A DNA stretch of 64,000 nucleotides. It comes from a virus (Duplodnaviria > Caudoviricetes). Of the stretch, positions 35,696 to 44,696 are shown in pieces (position 1 is the stretch's first letter; each line of letters starts with the position of its first letter). The stretch lies in IMG/VR virus record IMGVR_UViG_3300037722_001090; one strand, given 5' to 3'. The position numbers and the translations under genes were made by a program. Under the pieces are notes generated by a model that ran no database searches, had not been told where the DNA came from, and saw nothing but the letters and a program-made list of their open reading frames with translations.

Positions 35696-37903
35696 ATGTC
35701 AAGTAATGTTAGCGCAGGACTAGATGTTCTAAGAAGAGGTGTCTTAGCTGTAATATTGCAGAATACACCAGTTAAGTTTACAGGCATTAAAGAGTCGCTA
35801 GATAAATATATAAATAATGGTAGTCCTGTATTTAGAAGCCTGCTTCATTTAATGAACTTTAATGTGAATACACTATACTCATCACAAGTTAGCGCATCAT
35901 ATCTATTGTCATACATGGATTTCTATTCTATATATGCACTGATGTATTCTAATTATATTCCTGTTTTTCAAAATCTTAAGAACATATCAAAAAACAAATA
36001 TACATATATTTATAATCTATATAAAGATCTTAATGGGCTAGTAAAAGAGAAGCAAGTATCACAGGATTATCTTTCTGTTATGTACAGTAACTTTCTATTT
36101 CCTAGTAATATAGATGTCGCTAATTCTGGCATGATTAATCGTAGCAATAAATCATCAAAGGCACTTAGTTATAATGGTGTATGTACATTACCAATTAAAA
36201 GCATTAAGAGAATTCTTCCTTCCTCTATTACTTTTTTTAGTAATGATGGTACAGTAAATGTAAGCAAAAGCATAACTGGAGCAGATTATTTTTCATATGA
36301 AATTTTAAGAAAACAAAACAATAAAGTTGGTATCGTAAGATCAGATGGAGTCAAAAAAGCTAGTGATATAGTTGGTGGCATACCAGATGTTAAAGGTACT
36401 ATCTTTGGATATTTTGCTGATTTGATTTACGTTGAAGTAACCAACATAAATAAAGATGAAAGTGCTAATATAGTATCAGTAGAAATTAAGTGTTCTACAA
36501 ACGGAAATGATTGGTCTGATCCATATGATGTAAATATAAATATTCCTACAAAAATTATTATTGAAGATAATATTGAATTAGGACTAGAGATAAACTTTTT
36601 CGAAGGCATGTCTATATCGATAAGCAATAGATGGAAAATAGAAGTCAGTAATGTACAGATAACAGATCCGCAATTAGCAGTCACTATAGGTTTTGATATA
36701 TTAGAGCCAGTTTCTCATATTAAGTATATGGACACAAGCTCATATAGGTTAAATATAATTTCTAGTTCTATTGATAGAAACAGGTTTAGTTCAGAGAACT
36801 CTGATGCAACTGTATTTGATGGTAGAATTGGACATGTTATTGTATGCCAAGGTGAAATAAATAAATATAAAACCATACTAGAACAAAGTGATTGTGACAT
36901 TAAATCAAAAGATGGAGAATTATTCTTTAAATATGATTTTAAATTAGCTAACATAGAAGGCTTTATTTCTAAATACGAGAGACATGGATCAGGAGTGTTT
37001 AATCCTGTAAAAGCTGAAAAGATTAGTACTGTATCTGTTAATGCAAACTGTCTTATTCCTGATTACTCACCAATAAACATAGAGTATGATGAAACTATAG
37101 AAGACCAAGCAAGTAAAATTAGAGTACCTAAGTCCGAGTCAATCTTTAATATCATAGCAGAAACAAATATAAGCAAGGTTATAATTCCTATACTACCAAC
37201 AAATACTATAACTAGTATTAAGTATCTTGGAAACAAAGAAACAAACACCATAGTTAATGTAAGTAATGAGCTTATCTTGCTAGCTAAGAAAAATGATAGA
37301 GTAATAATTAAAGAGGCTATTGACCCAGGTAATGGCGGTACATATGCATTTAATGGTTACGTTTGGGTTAAGATATCAGAAGATGAACGACAAGACATTG
37401 CTCTTATTTTTGAAAATGTAGTTCCTGATAAAATTGACCACAATGAATCATTTGGTAATATTGAATATGCACCAGCTAAATATACACCAAGATTTCCAGT
37501 TGATGAGACATATGATATTAAATCAGGACGACACATACTCGCATTTAGTTCAGAGAAAATGATTGAGTCTGCATCGGATTATATTAATAGTACTAATACA
37601 TTAACTATATCTGAATATTTCATGAAAGATACTCATTCTATATATTATGCTGTAAGTATAAATGGTATTACAGATATTTTAGATATCGTACCAAACGATA
37701 AATGGATCCAGGCAGCAAGTGACATTTACTATACATATTATATGGATGAAAACCAAAATGTTCACTTAGCATTAAGATCTAAAAACTCCGAAGGAATATT
37801 AATGCCCTTTACTGGTCAGATTAGCGGCCAAGTAGAGATGTCATCTATAGATGACGAGTACATTACTCCAATGTTGTTTGAATATACTTTAGGGATAATT
37901 TAA
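35696..37903 (+). CDS. Baseplate/tail structural protein
   Basis: 735 aa; helical N-terminus followed by beta-rich domains; tightly coupled to its neighbours. Confidence 0.5.
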   Translation: MSSNVSAGLDVLRRGVLAVILQNTPVKFTGIKESLDKYINNGSPVFRSLLHLMNFNVNTLYSSQVSASYLLSYMDFYSIYALMYSNYIPVFQNLKNISKNKYTYIYNLYKDLNGLVKEKQVSQDYLSVMYSNFLFPSNIDVANSGMINRSNKSSKALSYNGVCTLPIKSIKRILPSSITFFSNDGTVNVSKSITGADYFSYEILRKQNNKVGIVRSDGVKKASDIVGGIPDVKGTIFGYFADLIYVEVTNINKDESANIVSVEIKCSTNGNDWSDPYDVNINIPTKIIIEDNIELGLEINFFEGMSISISNRWKIEVSNVQITDPQLAVTIGFDILEPVSHIKYMDTSSYRLNIISSSIDRNRFSSENSDATVFDGRIGHVIVCQGEINKYKTILEQSDCDIKSKDGELFFKYDFKLANIEGFISKYERHGSGVFNPVKAEKISTVSVNANCLIPDYSPINIEYDETIEDQASKIRVPKSESIFNIIAETNISKVIIPILPTNTITSIKYLGNKETNTIVNVSNELILLAKKNDRVIIKEAIDPGNGGTYAFNGYVWVKISEDERQDIALIFENVVPDKIDHNESFGNIEYAPAKYTPRFPVDETYDIKSGRHILAFSSEKMIESASDYINSTNTLTISEYFMKDTHSIYYAVSINGITDILDIVPNDKWIQAASDIYYTYYMDENQNVHLALRSKNSEGILMPFTGQISGQVEMSSIDDEYITPMLFEYTLGII

Positions 37904-37904
37904 T

Positions 37905-40226
37905 ATGGCAAAGCAAGGAAGCATTATCTATAAGGACGAATTAGAGCAAGGCTTTAATTTAATCCAAAGCATAAGTGATACACTTTATTCAGACATAGTA
38001 TCTGGATTTAATAATAGCAATATTCTATATAGTATGTCATCTATACTTGAAGATATTGTTCTTGATAAGTATCTAGCATTATTCAATACTGCAAAGGCAA
38101 TAAATATCAGTAATGTATTGAGGAACAATGTTATTATAGAATCATTTACATCTAGAGATTTCTATGACTTAGATTTTCCTGTAGACAAACAACTTAACCT
38201 AGATACGCAAAATGGAGATTTAATATTACCGATTAAGTCAACTAGAAATCTAAAGGTTTCTAGCATTATTGTTAATATAGAAAGTAATGGCAAGTTCGGC
38301 AATTCACTAGAGGGTGGTAAGAATAGTGATGTAAATGTAATCTTAAATAATGGGTCTAGCGAAATGCTAGAATATGAATTAATTACTAACTCTTGGAAAT
38401 CACCTACTCTATATTTTGCAGCAACATTAAAGCTTACAAGTGAAGAGATCGCCAATGGTTTATATATTAAAACATATGCTGAAGATGGAACACTTTATCC
38501 TAAGATTGACAAGGTAACAGTTTCTTTAGACGGAGAAACATGGACAGATCTTCCTTCTGTTATAGATATAAATAAAGCAGATTACTTTATTAGATTTAAG
38601 GCAAAGAAGATTAGATTTGTTAAGATTATTCTTTCTCAAACTACATACTATAAAGCTACTACTCCTTTTGGAATTAAGAACAGATACCTTATTGGCCTTA
38701 GAGAAGTTTCAGTAAAACAAACAACCTATGAAGAAAAAGGCGAGTATGTATCAAAACCATTTTCAAGTGGTAAGGTAATTAATGGTATTATATTTAATTC
38801 ACTAGAAGAGTCAAATTTAGATATTAGTTATTTTACTAGTGCCGACAATGGATCAAGATGGGTTCGTATAACACCAAAACAGTTGTTAGTATTAAACAAT
38901 ATAGACTTTGGCTTAAATGGCAATATAGATATTAACTCAATAAGAATAAGAGTTCTTATGCACAGAACATTACTACCTAATTCAAAGACAACTATTGACC
39001 AAATGAATGTTAATTCAGCAAGTACATATATTCTTAAAAACAAACCTATAAGTGCAGATTCAGTACAGGCATGGATTGGTGGACATATTACTTGTGGTGA
39101 TGGTGTAGAGTATGAAATTAACACTAGAGATACAAGTGTGGTAGATAAAGAAATTTTAGATCAAGCAAAATGTATACTTGATAAAAAAGTTAATTATGCA
39201 GCTATTTTAAAATATGTACCATGGTACCTAAATATAGAGAATGATATTATTTTAAAAATGAACGGAATAACAATTAAGAATGATAGATTAATATGGAATA
39301 TTATAAGTCATCCAAATCCGTCGCACTCAATATTAGTTATTAACCAAGATGCATTTCTAAGCGGTAGTGTACCAACAGCACAAGTAAGTATTATTTTTAA
39401 GCCTTTTTGGCATGACAATAGAACATTTAAGACACAGACAATTAAATTGCAGCCCACTAAGCCCGCATTAGTTCCATCTAAAGAGGGTATTAATGTTATC
39501 GCAATGCAATACTCTGATATTGCCGTTACTAGTGCATCAAATCAACTAGCATTTGACGGACTAGCTGAAACTTCAGTTACTTTAGAAGGTAAGACTGATA
39601 TTGATAGCCTTAGTTGCTGGCTAATTGAAACAGGACAAATTGATAAGGCAGTATGTCCAAAGCAGTATATTTTAACTCCACACGATAATGACAGCAATGA
39701 TTGGTCGCTCAATCCTTCAGCATGGGTGTTTGAGGGCTCCGTAAATGGCACTAGCTGGGTTTTAATAGATAAGCAAGACATTGGCCTTACTCAGTGGACA
39801 AATAAGCCTAAGGCGTTTAAATTAGATAACGATTGTTATTTTAAGTTCTTTAGATTTAGATTTACAGAAAACTCAACATCATATAATGATACAACCTTTC
39901 AGATTGCAAATATCTCAATTTTTGAAGGTATTCCTCTACAGCTTAAGAAAGCAGACTTTGATGTTATTGATAGGTGGACAATTGAAATTAAAAAAGATAG
40001 CTATAGTCCACGATGGGACTATTTAGTTGAATACGCACCTTGTGCTGATATAAGTAGGTATTTACCAGATACAATTAGTGGTAACTCAATACCAATGCTA
40101 GGGTTACCTCAGCCACCATTAACATGTAAGTTAAGTTTTACGTATAAGTATCAAGATTTAGATTCAAAAGAGGGTGAAGAATATTATACACCTAACTGCA
40201 AAGAGTATAGGATTGAAATGATATGA
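37905..40226 (+). CDS. Baseplate structural protein with discoidin/F5-8-type carbohydrate-binding-like domains
   Basis: 773 aa; segments VTVSLDGETWTDL...FKAKKIRFVKIIL and PSAWVFEGSVNGTSWVLID...YFKFFRFRFTEN...QIANISIF are typical F5/8 beta-sandwich patterns. Confidence 0.55.
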   Translation: MAKQGSIIYKDELEQGFNLIQSISDTLYSDIVSGFNNSNILYSMSSILEDIVLDKYLALFNTAKAINISNVLRNNVIIESFTSRDFYDLDFPVDKQLNLDTQNGDLILPIKSTRNLKVSSIIVNIESNGKFGNSLEGGKNSDVNVILNNGSSEMLEYELITNSWKSPTLYFAATLKLTSEEIANGLYIKTYAEDGTLYPKIDKVTVSLDGETWTDLPSVIDINKADYFIRFKAKKIRFVKIILSQTTYYKATTPFGIKNRYLIGLREVSVKQTTYEEKGEYVSKPFSSGKVINGIIFNSLEESNLDISYFTSADNGSRWVRITPKQLLVLNNIDFGLNGNIDINSIRIRVLMHRTLLPNSKTTIDQMNVNSASTYILKNKPISADSVQAWIGGHITCGDGVEYEINTRDTSVVDKEILDQAKCILDKKVNYAAILKYVPWYLNIENDIILKMNGITIKNDRLIWNIISHPNPSHSILVINQDAFLSGSVPTAQVSIIFKPFWHDNRTFKTQTIKLQPTKPALVPSKEGINVIAMQYSDIAVTSASNQLAFDGLAETSVTLEGKTDIDSLSCWLIETGQIDKAVCPKQYILTPHDNDSNDWSLNPSAWVFEGSVNGTSWVLIDKQDIGLTQWTNKPKAFKLDNDCYFKFFRFRFTENSTSYNDTTFQIANISIFEGIPLQLKKADFDVIDRWTIEIKKDSYSPRWDYLVEYAPCADISRYLPDTISGNSIPMLGLPQPPLTCKLSFTYKYQDLDSKEGEEYYTPNCKEYRIEMI

Positions 40227-42376
40227 GAGAAATAATTCTTAGACAAATCATTGAAGATAAGTTTAGAAGAGGTATTAAGTCACAAAGTGCTTGCCCTAGG
40301 TTTGTAGATATTTACAACTCAGCATTAACAGCATTAGCTGAAGTAACTGATACAAGTAAAATACCAGGAATTACATTTAAATCTAGAACATCAGCATCAA
40401 CTTACAATACGTCAATAGAAACAATTAAGTCTTGGTTTTCTATTGCAAGTGGTGCAATGAGAGAGATGGTTAGTGACTATGAAAAACTATCTAATGACTA
40501 TAATGACATATCTACTAGAATTTTTAATGAAACAAATGAGTTTAAAAATACAATTAATAGTATAATGAATTACTCTTGTATTTATTGCTCACCTAACTAT
40601 TCTAATCAAACAGATAGTTCTGTAGCAGGGAAAATTGGTAATTATATTACATTGCCATTTTATATTAGAACTACAGAAATGTATAATGGTGGTGCAGCAT
40701 TTAATGTATTTTCTTCAGGTACAATTATTTTCTCAAACACAGATAGAATAACTTCTGTTCCTCTAGTAGAGCCGTTATCGTTAAAAGTAATCTCTAGCAA
40801 TAATATTGGTCAAACGACAATAAATATAACAGTTAATAAAACAACTGCAAATATGATCTATTTTAGATTTATGAATGATATAATAAAATGCAAATTAATT
40901 TTATTCAAAGACAAAGTAAAAGTATATGAGAAAGTATCTAATAACGGAGAAGTTTTAGCAAATTTCTATCCTCAAGAATTTGACTATATTTCTATTCTTG
41001 TTGATTACAATAATGTAAATACAGATAAGCCATTCCCTATATATCTAGATGCGTTTGAAATATTTAATAAGATTCAGTTTTCTAAATCAGGTAATTTTGA
41101 ATCTAAACCATACTTTTTAAATAAATCATCATCTATTGATAATATTGGTCTTACATATAATAGTTCTGGTGATTCTAATGCGACAACTACTACTAATCTT
41201 ATTTCTATTTCAAGCAAAGCAGATGGATTAGTTTATAATAAAGTAGAAGATAATGATACTATAGATGTATCATCATATAAATTTAGACATGCAACTAATT
41301 TTACTGGACTATCAGACCCATACTCAGTTAGAGTAATAGGGGACAGAAGCTTCTTTGAGTTAAGTATAGACGAGCTAGATAATGATTTATGGAATATGAA
41401 CTTTGAGCATGCTGTTGTTTTCCATGGAATAAACTCTGACTTTTCAGAAGATAACGAGGCGGGTACTGGATATTATGGTCAGCCATATGAGAACTGGACA
41501 AAGACTGGTGTTTATTGGAGATCAATGATTTTTGTCACAGATGATGAGGCTTGGATTGATATTGGAAAATCTACATGCTTAATAAACGGCACTACTCGTA
41601 CAGGTAAGTTCAAAATGCCTAAAGGTATATCTATGATAGATGTACATGAAAAAGATATAGATTTTAATTTAGGTAAACAAGTTATAAATGATCTTTCTAG
41701 AAAAGATGACATATTAAGCGATCCTTTATATCCATTTAATTTCGCATATATGTTTTCTGGATTACCAGAATATGACTCAAATGGAGATAAGGAAGGTAAG
41801 CTTCTTAGGCAATTTAATGTAACTGGTGTAACTACATTATTTTTAAATGAACCATTTATACCTATGTCACTAGACGTTCTTGATGTCAATCAAGTAGAGC
41901 CATATAGGTTGCAATTGACAGCTGGTGTTTCAACACCAGGAACATATAGTATAGAACCTTATTCTGGAAAGATTAAGATTTATCCAGCAATAGATGGTCC
42001 TACAAATATCCAAGTTTACTATAGACGGGCATCATTTTTTAGAAGACCAGTTGGCGTTATGTTTAATCGGTTATTAACATTTATGCCGATCAAAGCTCTA
42101 ATTGGAATGCAGGGCGTAACGGAAGATCAAGCGAACTATAAATATGTATTTGATAATGAATCTTTTTTTACCTTAGATGGAAGTACACAGTCTAGAAAAC
42201 TACTACTACAAGATGTATCAAGTACTGATAGTTTTACAGGAAATAAAATACAACATTCACAGGTTATATATAATAGAACGGATGAGAATTTTTACGTTTC
42301 AGCTAAAATTGAAATGGAAACTATTAATAGATATATGTCTCCTATAGTAAGAGATATTTATATCTCGGTAGGATAA
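40223..42376 (+). CDS. Baseplate/tail structural protein
   Basis: 717 aa; helical N-terminus and beta-rich body like the two preceding genes; ATGA overlap. Confidence 0.5.
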   Translation: MREIILRQIIEDKFRRGIKSQSACPRFVDIYNSALTALAEVTDTSKIPGITFKSRTSASTYNTSIETIKSWFSIASGAMREMVSDYEKLSNDYNDISTRIFNETNEFKNTINSIMNYSCIYCSPNYSNQTDSSVAGKIGNYITLPFYIRTTEMYNGGAAFNVFSSGTIIFSNTDRITSVPLVEPLSLKVISSNNIGQTTINITVNKTTANMIYFRFMNDIIKCKLILFKDKVKVYEKVSNNGEVLANFYPQEFDYISILVDYNNVNTDKPFPIYLDAFEIFNKIQFSKSGNFESKPYFLNKSSSIDNIGLTYNSSGDSNATTTTNLISISSKADGLVYNKVEDNDTIDVSSYKFRHATNFTGLSDPYSVRVIGDRSFFELSIDELDNDLWNMNFEHAVVFHGINSDFSEDNEAGTGYYGQPYENWTKTGVYWRSMIFVTDDEAWIDIGKSTCLINGTTRTGKFKMPKGISMIDVHEKDIDFNLGKQVINDLSRKDDILSDPLYPFNFAYMFSGLPEYDSNGDKEGKLLRQFNVTGVTTLFLNEPFIPMSLDVLDVNQVEPYRLQLTAGVSTPGTYSIEPYSGKIKIYPAIDGPTNIQVYYRRASFFRRPVGVMFNRLLTFMPIKALIGMQGVTEDQANYKYVFDNESFFTLDGSTQSRKLLLQDVSSTDSFTGNKIQHSQVIYNRTDENFYVSAKIEMETINRYMSPIVRDIYISVG

Positions 42377-42378
42377 TT

Positions 42379-42657
42379 ATGAATAACGATTATTATGTAG
42401 AGCAAGACTTTAACTTGGATGCACAGTTAATTCAACCAAGTATTAAGACACAGGTACTTAATGGTATAAAACAAAGAATTACAGATCAATATTTAAGTAC
42501 TGAAAACAAAGATATATTAGCTGTATTAGATGCGCAGACACAGATAATAGAAGATGCATATAAGATAGATATGTATAAGTTCCAATTCAAGCTATTAATT
42601 AACATCTTAAATAAAGAGCTTGATAATATAAAAACAATCCTACTATATGAAATGTAA
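42379..42657 (+). CDS. Small helical hypothetical protein
   Basis: 92-aa ORF coupled to both neighbours. Confidence 0.45.
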   Translation: MNNDYYVEQDFNLDAQLIQPSIKTQVLNGIKQRITDQYLSTENKDILAVLDAQTQIIEDAYKIDMYKFQFKLLINILNKELDNIKTILLYEM

Positions 42658-43513
42658 TAAAATGATACAGGAATTACTAGAAGATCTATTTAAAAAAACA
42701 TCTAAACCGCAAAAAGAACATAAGGACCGATTCTATCCAACACAATCATCAGTCTCAGTAAGTCACAAGTCTTATAAGAAAGTAGAAGGTAAGTGCTTAA
42801 GGGCAGCTTATTATAATTGTATTGCTGCAGACTCAGAAGATACATTTAGTCTAAATAAAGAAATTATATTTGAGCTAGGTGATTATGTTGAGAAGATGGT
42901 GCTAGACAAGCTTGATCGTAAAGGGGTACTCGTAAGTAGAGATACGAAGTTCGAGATTAGCACATATAAAATAAGCGGTAAGTTAGATGCTATTATTTTA
43001 GATAGTAATGGCAAAAAAGTTGGCGTTGAAATTAAAAGCATTGGTGGTAATAATAAATATGCAACAAATGCAATCTATGGAAGTCAATGGAATTTACCAG
43101 AACCTAAATGGCAGAACTTATTTCAAACCTTAGTATACTGTTATGCCTTTCGAGATGAGATAGATAGATTTATATTATTTTATATCAGAAGAGATACAGG
43201 TGAAATTAAGGAATTTGAAATTTCTATACTGCCAAAAAAAGGCAAGCTATATCCTGTAATAGACGGTAAGATTGAAGAGAGATATACAGTAAACGATATA
43301 TTAGATAGATACACTATTCTTAATAGATATATAGAGAAAAAAGAAACCCCTCCTAGAGAATTCCAGCATACATACAAAAAAGAACTTATTGATACTTACG
43401 TAAAATTTGGTATAATGTCTAAGTACCAAGCAGATAAATATAAAGAAATACCCTTTGGTGACTTTGAATGCAGATTCTGTAGCTATTCAAAACGCTGCCT
43501 AATTGATAAGTGA
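42647..43513 (+). CDS. Cas4-like PD-(D/E)xK nuclease with 4 conserved Cys (probable Fe-S cluster)
   Basis: 288 aa: C50 in KCLRAAYY, ISGKLDAII, VEIKS, QTLVY, and C-terminal C275-x2-C278-x5-C284. Confidence 0.75.
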   Translation: MKCNKMIQELLEDLFKKTSKPQKEHKDRFYPTQSSVSVSHKSYKKVEGKCLRAAYYNCIAADSEDTFSLNKEIIFELGDYVEKMVLDKLDRKGVLVSRDTKFEISTYKISGKLDAIILDSNGKKVGVEIKSIGGNNKYATNAIYGSQWNLPEPKWQNLFQTLVYCYAFRDEIDRFILFYIRRDTGEIKEFEISILPKKGKLYPVIDGKIEERYTVNDILDRYTILNRYIEKKETPPREFQHTYKKELIDTYVKFGIMSKYQADKYKEIPFGDFECRFCSYSKRCLIDK

Positions 43514-43520
43514 GGATAGT

Positions 43521-44669
43521 ATGTCTAGTTTAATAACCAAAAAAAACGCAACTGATACTTATAAATACTTTTATCCAGAAATAAGCTCTCTAGGTATTCC
43601 AGATCCTAATCCTAGGGCTGCTGTAATTAAAGATAATTATATGTTTTTATATTATGGAAAGATCCCCCGTGTTACAGATGGAGTAATATCTAAGCTTGCA
43701 AAAATAAATCTTAATACAAATGAGGTTGAAACAGTTGTATTTACATATAACGCAGCAGGATCAAGCGTACAATATAGTGTCCCTCTTGGTATCTTAAATG
43801 TTGATATGCCAGCTAGCAATAGAGCTATTCTTTGGAATGGTAATACATTAGTAACACTAATTAGAACTATGCAGCCATTTGATGGTGTTACTTTAGTTAA
43901 ACTAGACTTAAGCTCTAATACAATTACACTTAGGGCATTAACAGGTATGGCTTCAGACTCATATATATTAGATCTTACTATTGATGGCAATAATCTTTAT
44001 GTTATAAGTAAGGCTGGAAGTATAGAGGAGTCTTATAATAAGGTACATAAAATTGACTTAAATAGTAATACGGCAGATGGATGTGCAACGTCTGGATATA
44101 CAATTAACTCTCTCCTTAGAGGTAACAATGCCATACATTTTCATAATGGATTATTATATATGTTTGGTGGCAGGTACTATGATAGTATTGAATCTATAGT
44201 ATTGGATGCTTCTAGTAAATACTTTTCAATTAATGTGCTTGATCTTTCAGATCCTGACTGCATAAATACACATAACATAATCTCTCAAATAGCTATCCCT
44301 GTAACCATTAATAATATACCGGTAATATTTAATGGAGTGCAAGTACATATTCCTTATAATCCAAATGTATTTACATTTAATTTAGAAGATGGTAGTTTAT
44401 ATAAAAACGCATCAACAGAAATAATGTACGGTAATATTAGCGCATTAAATGGTACAGAAATTATTTTCTTAGACTTTACATCAGGAACAATAATTAGATC
44501 AGCAGAGCCATCATCTATACATCTAGTTGCATATGGAACAATACAGTTCTATGATGGAGTAGAAAGTAATAGTAGTACAAAGAAAACGTACTATACGAGA
44601 TCGATTAATAAAATAACAGATAAAGAATATATAACTAAATTTATATTAAACGATACAGGAGGGATTTAA
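43521..44669 (+). CDS. Kelch-like beta-propeller protein
   Basis: Repeated blade-like strands (DNYMFLYYG, DGNNLYVIS, HNGLLYMFGGR); ATG at 43521 follows a GAGG SD. Confidence 0.5.
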   Translation: MSSLITKKNATDTYKYFYPEISSLGIPDPNPRAAVIKDNYMFLYYGKIPRVTDGVISKLAKINLNTNEVETVVFTYNAAGSSVQYSVPLGILNVDMPASNRAILWNGNTLVTLIRTMQPFDGVTLVKLDLSSNTITLRALTGMASDSYILDLTIDGNNLYVISKAGSIEESYNKVHKIDLNSNTADGCATSGYTINSLLRGNNAIHFHNGLLYMFGGRYYDSIESIVLDASSKYFSINVLDLSDPDCINTHNIISQIAIPVTINNIPVIFNGVQVHIPYNPNVFTFNLEDGSLYKNASTEIMYGNISALNGTEIIFLDFTSGTIIRSAEPSSIHLVAYGTIQFYDGVESNSSTKKTYYTRSINKITDKEYITKFILNDTGGI

Positions 44670-44696
44670 CTACAAAGTAGTTATTTAATATTTAAT

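Noticed and set aside
42647-43513. CRISPR-Cas locus suggested by the Cas4-like gene
   Set aside because: No repeat-spacer array and no cas1/cas2 or effector genes were seen anywhere in the window.
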